Assembly: GCA_965237415.1 (NCBI GenBank)
Contig: CBDEFM010000002.1
Location: 576,001 to 640,000, forward strand
Reading direction: 5' to 3'
DNA from: Alphaproteobacteria bacterium
Lineage (GTDB): Bacteria; Pseudomonadota; Alphaproteobacteria; UBA828
DNA: 64,000 nt
The notes below the pieces were generated by a model. That model saw only the letters and a list, made by a program, of their open reading frames with translations. It made no database searches and had not been told where the DNA came from. A program made the translations under genes and the position numbers. Positions 58,883-64,000 of the stretch are shown in pieces. Position 1 is the stretch's first letter. Every line of letters begins with the position of its first letter.

Positions 58883-59755
58883 TCAACCGTGGGCGACCAC
58901 GCGACCCGCCTGCGGTGTCCACTGCAGCAGCCATCTCGATAGCCGATCGAAGATGGCATAGCTGATCGAGGCATAGAACACGAAGATCAGCGCCACTACG
59001 AACATCCTGTCCAGATAGGCGAACTGTTCGGAGTAGATGATGATGTAGCCAAGCCCCGATTGTGCGCCCAGGTACTCTGCACCGAGCACCGCGGCCCACC
59101 CGATGCCGAGGCTAAGCAGGATGGTTCCCCGCAACTCGGGAAATATCGCCGGCAGAACGACGGTGCGGTAGATCTGCAGGCGCGAGGCGCCCAGCGTCCG
59201 GGCATTGTCGATGTAAATCTGCGGGACGTTCTTCACCGCATTGACCACGCCAGCGAAGAAGATGACGCCGACACCGTAGCCGACGAAGGCGATCTTGCCG
59301 ACGAAGTCGATGCCGAACCAGAGCTGAAACATCGGCACCATGGCAAGCAACGGCAAAGTGCGCAAAAACTGAATCGGCAGATCGACGATCCGGCGGGTCC
59401 ACGGCGACCAGGACACCGCGATTCCAAGAAGAGAGCCGAAAACGGCGCCGATGAAGAGCCCGGTGTAGAGCCGCACGATGGTGTCGACCGAGTGGTCCAG
59501 GATGGACAGAACGGCGGCGAGATAGCTCTGCGGCGCACCGGCGGCGACCGAAGGGACGCCCAGCCCGCCCTGCCAGTAGTCCGAGAGTGACAGCAGGGTG
59601 CGACTGAACACGATGTGCCACCCCGGCAGCATCGGCTCCCCCGGAACCGCCTCGGCGGTGAAGATCATCGACAGGATTTGCCAGAGTCCGGCCATCGCGA
59701 GCAGGACCAGGATCGAGACGCGACGGCGGCGGAATTGCGCGATCAGCCACTTCAT
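58883..59755 (-). CDS. ABC permease (nitrate/sulfonate/taurine class)
   Basis: NARTLGASR EAA-like loop, AEYLGAQSGLG. Confidence 0.88.
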   Translation of the reverse strand: MKWLIAQFRRRRVSILVLLAMAGLWQILSMIFTAEAVPGEPMLPGWHIVFSRTLLSLSDYWQGGLGVPSVAAGAPQSYLAAVLSILDHSVDTIVRLYTGLFIGAVFGSLLGIAVSWSPWTRRIVDLPIQFLRTLPLLAMVPMFQLWFGIDFVGKIAFVGYGVGVIFFAGVVNAVKNVPQIYIDNARTLGASRLQIYRTVVLPAIFPELRGTILLSLGIGWAAVLGAEYLGAQSGLGYIIIYSEQFAYLDRMFVVALIFVFYASISYAIFDRLSRWLLQWTPQAGRVVAHG

Positions 59756-59759
59756 GGGA

Positions 59760-60584
59760 TCAGCCCGCACTCGCCGGCGCATCGGTGGCGCTCTTCACGT
59801 TTTCCAGCCCGAGGTGCGCGAGCAGGACATGCTTGTGCTGCACCATGGTGGGCTCCATGAGCCCGTCGGTCGTCCGCGGCCGCGGTGCTGTGACGGCGAG
59901 GTCGTCGACAAATCGGCCGCTGTGCATAACCAGAATCCGGTCCGCAAGGATCAGCGCCTCGTCCACGTCGTGGGTCACGAAGACGACGGTGCGCCGTTCG
60001 TTCGAGCCCGCCTCGGTCCATAACGCGAGCAGGACATCGTGCAGGTTGCGCTTGGTCACGTAGTCGACGGCGCCGAAGGGCTCGTCGAGAAGCAGGACGT
60101 TCGCGCCGTTGGCGAATACCGTGGCCACGGCGACACGCTTCAGCATGCCTCCCGACAGCTCGCGCGGCCAGGCCTTCGCCACGTGCGAGAGACCAACGCG
60201 CTCCAGGTAGAACTCGGCGCTCCTGCGACGCTCGGCCCGAGCGATTCCCCGGCACTTCAGTCCGTATTCGACGTTGTCGATCACGCGCATCCAGGGGAAG
60301 ACGCTGTCCTGCTGGAACACCATGCCGCGCTCCGGGCCGGGCCGGGTGACGCTCTCCCCTTCGACCTCGAGTATGCCGGCCGACGGAAGCATGAGCCCGG
60401 CGATGAGCTTGAGCAGTGTCGACTTTCCGCAGCCGGACGGCCCGACCAGACAAGCGAACTGGCCTCGGTCGATCTGGAACGACACGTCGTCGACCGCCGT
60501 CACCGTCTGCCGGTCTGCGCGCCGGAAGGTCCTGGACAGGTTGCTGGCCACGATGACGTCCCGGCCCTCTGCCGCCCTTGCCAA
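59760..60584 (-). CDS. ABC ATP-binding protein (TauB/SsuB class)
   Basis: GPSGCGKST, VFQQ..FPW, LSGGM, LLDEPF, VTHD; TTG start inferred from SD. Confidence 0.88.
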   Translation of the reverse strand: MARAAEGRDVIVASNLSRTFRRADRQTVTAVDDVSFQIDRGQFACLVGPSGCGKSTLLKLIAGLMLPSAGILEVEGESVTRPGPERGMVFQQDSVFPWMRVIDNVEYGLKCRGIARAERRRSAEFYLERVGLSHVAKAWPRELSGGMLKRVAVATVFANGANVLLLDEPFGAVDYVTKRNLHDVLLALWTEAGSNERRTVVFVTHDVDEALILADRILVMHSGRFVDDLAVTAPRPRTTDGLMEPTMVQHKHVLLAHLGLENVKSATDAPASAG

Positions 60585-60588
60585 TGGA

Positions 60589-61386
60589 TCACCCTCCCCC
60601 GGTTCGGGCCTCGACGCTCCATGCCGAGACGTAGGAGAAGAATCGGGCAGTGAACGCATCGAAGACAACCGCCAGTGCACCGAGCACGAGAAGAGCGGCG
60701 AAGATGCCTTCCATATCCGTCGAGCCGGCGAGGACCTGAACGATCTTGCCGATGCCCTGCTGCGCGCCGAGCAGCTCGGCGATGGCCTCCAATCCCCAGG
60801 CCCCGGCAAGCGCGATCCGGATGCCGCCGAGAATCTGTGGCACGGTGCCCTTGATCAGGACATCCCAGACAACGCGCCGACGGCTCGCGCCGAGCGTGTA
60901 GGCGGCGTCCTCGTAGACGGGATCGAGCGTGCTGGCGGCGCGCTGGGCGTAGATATAGAGGATGACTGCCACGTAGATGGCCACCAGCAGCACCGCGCTG
61001 GTCCGGCCGGTGCCGAACCAGATCAGGAAGAACGGCGCCAGGACGAGGATCGGGATGGTGCCCAAGACCATGAGCACCGGATCGATGACCGAGCGGACGA
61101 GATCGAAGCGCGCCGTCACCAGCCCGCAGACGGTCCCGACACTGGCCCCGAGGGCGACCGCGATCAGGACGTTCCCGGTCGTGTAGAGCATGCTGTCGAG
61201 GAGGCCCGTCTTGGGCAGTCCGTAGAACAGCAGATAGTCCGCGATGATGAAGTCCTCGGCGATGCGCTCGGCCACATGCAGCGGATGCGGCAGCGAGATG
61301 AGCGGGATGGCCAGCGTCAGCAACTGCCAGACGGCCACCAAGAGCACGAGGCCGATCAGGCCGAGAGCGTCAAACCGCTTCGCCAT
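60589..61386 (-). CDS. ABC permease (nitrate/sulfonate/taurine class)
   Basis: DAAYTLGASR, AELLGAQQGIG. Confidence 0.88.
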   Translation of the reverse strand: MAKRFDALGLIGLVLLVAVWQLLTLAIPLISLPHPLHVAERIAEDFIIADYLLFYGLPKTGLLDSMLYTTGNVLIAVALGASVGTVCGLVTARFDLVRSVIDPVLMVLGTIPILVLAPFFLIWFGTGRTSAVLLVAIYVAVILYIYAQRAASTLDPVYEDAAYTLGASRRRVVWDVLIKGTVPQILGGIRIALAGAWGLEAIAELLGAQQGIGKIVQVLAGSTDMEGIFAALLVLGALAVVFDAFTARFFSYVSAWSVEARTGGG

Positions 61387-61428
61387 TACCGAGAAACTGT
61401 CGGCTGCACTGTGGCTATCCAGGCCGTG

Positions 61429-61456
61429 ACGCCGCCCGCCTGGTGGCGGGCGGCGT
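61429..61456 (-). terminator. Perfect 12-bp hairpin between SBP and permease genes
   Basis: ACGCCGCCCGCC-TGGT-GGCGGGCGGCGT. Confidence 0.5.
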
Positions 61457-61542
61457 TGCCGGTGTCGTGCCCGATGCCGCGCGCCGGCCGGGCGTATCAG
61501 CCTCCCCGGGCCCTTCGTCAGGCGAGGGCCAAACGCCCGGGC

Positions 61543-62868
61543 CTATGACGACGCGGCGGTTGCCAGACGGTAGGCATCCAGGAAGTTGAACCACTCGAAG
61601 TGCTGCTTCGCCCGGTCGAGCAGCGCCTGCTTCTCGGCGTCGAGGGACATACCTTCGAGATCCGCGATCGTCGCCGCCGACTTCGCTTGGTAGTCCTTCA
61701 TCTGGTTCCAGATCGCCGCCCCCCAAATGAACTCTTCGGTCGTGACCGCATCCTTGGGCAGCAGACCCTTCTCCGCCCAGTCCGCGATGATCGCCGGCCA
61801 GGCGTTCTTGTAGTAGAGCAGGCTCGCCTCGTCGACGTAGTACTTCTCGTTATACTCGAACGATGAGTAGGGATGCAGGATGGCGACCGTCTCCTCGACT
61901 CCCTTGGCATCCAGATCGGTTCCCGCGACGCTGTTCAGATAGGGCGCCTGCAGCTCGTAGAGCGAGGAATCCTCGTCAACCGCAGCGAGCGTGCGCCACG
62001 CCACGGAGAGGAAGCGGAGGATCGTGTTCTGGTTCTCGTTGATATAGTCGGAGTTCGAGGCGATGCCGACGATGGTCACCAGCTTCTGCATCGGCGAATC
62101 CAGGCCGCCGGGCCCGTGGTTGTAGAGATCGCCGACATCGATGAGGTTGGTCCATCCCGCCTTCATCAGGGTGTAGACGATCGGCGCGCCTTCGGGATTG
62201 ACGAAGTCGATGCGGCCGGCCTTGGCAAGCACGAGCGACTTGGCATCGTCCATCAGGTCGAGGTCCCACGTCACGCCCGAGAACGCCGACACGGCCTCCT
62301 CGAACGGCCGCTTGCTCAGCACCGGCGATCCGACCAGGGTCTTGCCGTCCATCGGTGCCAACGCGGCCGTGATGGCATCCTCGAAGCTCAAGCCCTCGGC
62401 GATGTAGTCCTTGAAGCTCTTCAGCCCGAGTTCCGGGTTGGCCAGCAAGGCAGTGCCCAGGAAGTTGTCGGTAAACGCGATGCACTTGAGCTTGTTCGAG
62501 CTCTTGTAGGTCGGAAGCATCAACGGGCAGTACTGGCTCGATATGTCGAGCTGGCCGTTGAGAAGCAGCGCGGTGACATTGGTGTCGGTGACCTTCAGAC
62601 CGAGCTCGCCCGGTCCGATCTTGATGCCGGCATCCTCGAACCAGCCCTTCTTCATGGCGATGACGTAGAAGGTGTTGTCGGCATAGGGGCGCATGCCGAA
62701 GTTGACCTCCGCCACGGGAATGTCGGTTCCGGGCTCGGGCGGGGCCGGCGTGTAGACGTCGGCGGCAGACGCGGATGGCGACCCGGTCGTGAGTAATAGC
62801 GCCAGTGCGCCGGCGAACGCCGCGGCAATGCCTGCGGGCCGCTTCGCGAGTGTGAATTGTTGGATCAT
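61543..62868 (-). CDS. ABC substrate-binding protein (SsuA/THI5-like)
   Basis: Signal peptide, IAMKKGWFEDAGI, ALLLNGQLDI; heads the ABC operon; SD GGGAGG. Confidence 0.82.
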   Translation of the reverse strand: MIQQFTLAKRPAGIAAAFAGALALLLTTGSPSASAADVYTPAPPEPGTDIPVAEVNFGMRPYADNTFYVIAMKKGWFEDAGIKIGPGELGLKVTDTNVTALLLNGQLDISSQYCPLMLPTYKSSNKLKCIAFTDNFLGTALLANPELGLKSFKDYIAEGLSFEDAITAALAPMDGKTLVGSPVLSKRPFEEAVSAFSGVTWDLDLMDDAKSLVLAKAGRIDFVNPEGAPIVYTLMKAGWTNLIDVGDLYNHGPGGLDSPMQKLVTIVGIASNSDYINENQNTILRFLSVAWRTLAAVDEDSSLYELQAPYLNSVAGTDLDAKGVEETVAILHPYSSFEYNEKYYVDEASLLYYKNAWPAIIADWAEKGLLPKDAVTTEEFIWGAAIWNQMKDYQAKSAATIADLEGMSLDAEKQALLDRAKQHFEWFNFLDAYRLATAASS

Positions 62869-62999
62869 TTCTCGACCTCCCTCATGTGACCAGTCGATGG
62901 CTGCCGGTACGGGTCGGGTGTTGACGGACCGCTGCGCGACAAGACATCGAAAATTGTTCTTCTTTTTGGTGGCTGCCGTCCGACCGGCGATGCATATGA

Positions 63000-63028
63000 A
63001 TCATGTTTGGCCCGCGAGTTGGTGTCAA
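63000..63028 (-). promoter_or_regulatory. Sigma70 promoter for the ABC operon
   Basis: TTGACA, 17-nt spacer, CATGAT on the minus strand. Confidence 0.65.
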
Positions 63029-63035
63029 GTGGAGT

Positions 63036-63103
63036 GGTCTCCTGCCCGCTTCCAACGCCGTCAGAATAACAACGACGGCGATCAGACGAGATGCAAGGCG
63101 GGG
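63036..63103 (-). repeat. 68-bp repeat copy B
   Basis: Inverted partner of 55487-55554; lies just upstream of the -35 box. Confidence 0.85.
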
Positions 63104-63123
63104 TTGTCGGCTGGTGGTCGGGC

Positions 63124-63681
63124 TCAGCCGTTGAAGGGCACGTGGGCGACGCTCTCCTCAACCTCGACGCCGAGCACGGCGCAGAAGCTGCCGAGCAGCT
63201 GGTAGTAGCCGACCATCACCACGAGATCGACGAGGCCCGCGTTGCCCAGCGACTCGCGTAACCCAGCCACCAGCGAATCGTCCACATCCGCACCGCTCGC
63301 CAGCAGGCGGCAGAGGCGGAGCGCCGGTCCCACCGGCGCCGGCTCGCCCTCGGCCGCAAGCGTCCCGACGATTCCGCGCAGCCGCTCCGGCACCTTGTGG
63401 ATATGGTGGTCCCATTCGTAGATGTTGCCCACCGCCTGGGCGACGGTGCAGATCACCATCTCGCGCAGGTCGTTATCGAGCGCCGAGTGCCAGCGGACGT
63501 GCTCGCCCACGGCCGCGACGGCCCCGAGCGCCTCGGGGCTCTGCCCCATGACCGCGAACATGTTGGGCATGAAGTCGAGCTTGCGGGTCTCGACCACGTG
63601 GTCCCAGATCGCCGCCTGCGCGGCTGAGAAATCGCCGCGCGCCGCCCGCGGCAGGCGTTGGGTCTCGGCATAACTCGTCAT
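63124..63681 (-). CDS. Carboxymuconolactone decarboxylase (CMD/AhpD-like) family protein
   Basis: LREMVI...YEWDHH, LVDLVVMVGYY. Confidence 0.83.
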   Translation of the reverse strand: MTSYAETQRLPRAARGDFSAAQAAIWDHVVETRKLDFMPNMFAVMGQSPEALGAVAAVGEHVRWHSALDNDLREMVICTVAQAVGNIYEWDHHIHKVPERLRGIVGTLAAEGEPAPVGPALRLCRLLASGADVDDSLVAGLRESLGNAGLVDLVVMVGYYQLLGSFCAVLGVEVEESVAHVPFNG

Positions 63682-63707
63682 AAATCCATCCTTTTCGGTG
63701 CGGCGGC

Positions 63708-64000
63708 TCAGTCCGCGAACGCCTCGATCATCGCCTCGTGGTTGGCGAGAGATTCCGCGCGGTCGATGAAGGGCATCGGGCAGTAGAGCAGCACGGTCTC
63801 GAACAGCCCCTCGAAGCGGTCGAGCTGGCCGCGTACGTCGTCCGGCGTGCCGGCCAGCACCAGGGCATCCACCATGTCGTCGGTCACCAGATCGGTCATG
63901 GCGGCGAGGTCGGCGCGTGCCCAGGCATCGCGGATCGCGAGCTTCTCGCGGGTGAAGCCGGCAGGGTCGAGCACCTGGTCGAAATAGGGGAGGCACGAAT
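63708..64000 (-). CDS. Luciferase-like (LLM) flavin-dependent oxidoreductase, C-terminal part (cut by the window edge)
   Basis: VTDDMVDALVLAGTPDDVR is typical of LLM/F420 C-termini. Confidence 0.7.
   Translation of the reverse strand, partial: SCLPYFDQVLDPAGFTREKLAIRDAWARADLAAMTDLVTDDMVDALVLAGTPDDVRGQLDRFEGLFETVLLYCPMPFIDRAESLANHEAMIEAFAD

Noticed and set aside
62869-62999. Riboswitch (guanidine or purine class) in the ~125-nt leader of the ABC operon
   Set aside because: I could not identify ykkC, paired ACGR-loop or purine aptamer consensus by eye; a cmscan would be needed to exclude it fully
1-64000. CRISPR array, tRNA, integron attC array or prophage genes
   Set aside because: No regularly spaced repeats, tRNA cloverleaf with T-loop consensus, integrase or phage structural genes were recognised

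Overview
High-GC window (roughly 65-70% by eye) from an alphaproteobacterium, Rhodospirillales-like judging by the ribF-ileS-lspA-DUF3035-mutL block, glnE, ispG and ctaA. Housekeeping genes are interleaved with many catabolic and uptake loci for nitrogen-rich compounds: creatininase, a GpuA-like ureohydrolase, hydantoinase/oxoprolinase A/B with an acetone-carboxylase gamma subunit, a CodA-like deaminase, three complete ABC transporters and an orphan binding protein. Main observations: (1) an expanded set of split urea-carboxylase-type carboxyltransferase subunits (three CT-A/B, two CT-C/D) with a stand-alone biotin carrier and no biotin carboxylase in the window; (2) a self-contained, structured ~200-nt unit whose 24-codon ORF follows a 16-nt match to the 16S 3' end; (3) a GlnE with a degenerate C-terminal nucleotidyltransferase motif; (4) a Doc toxin with no canonical start codon in a cassette flanked by 20-bp direct repeats; (5) a structured MITE and a 68-bp inverted repeat pair; (6) repeated gene decay (internally deleted pgi and dihydropyrimidinase, a 13-bp duplication frameshift, an amber-stopped ParE, IS3 and PfkB remnants). 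No rRNA, tRNA or CRISPR array was recognised. All family calls come from motif recognition by eye; no database search was run.
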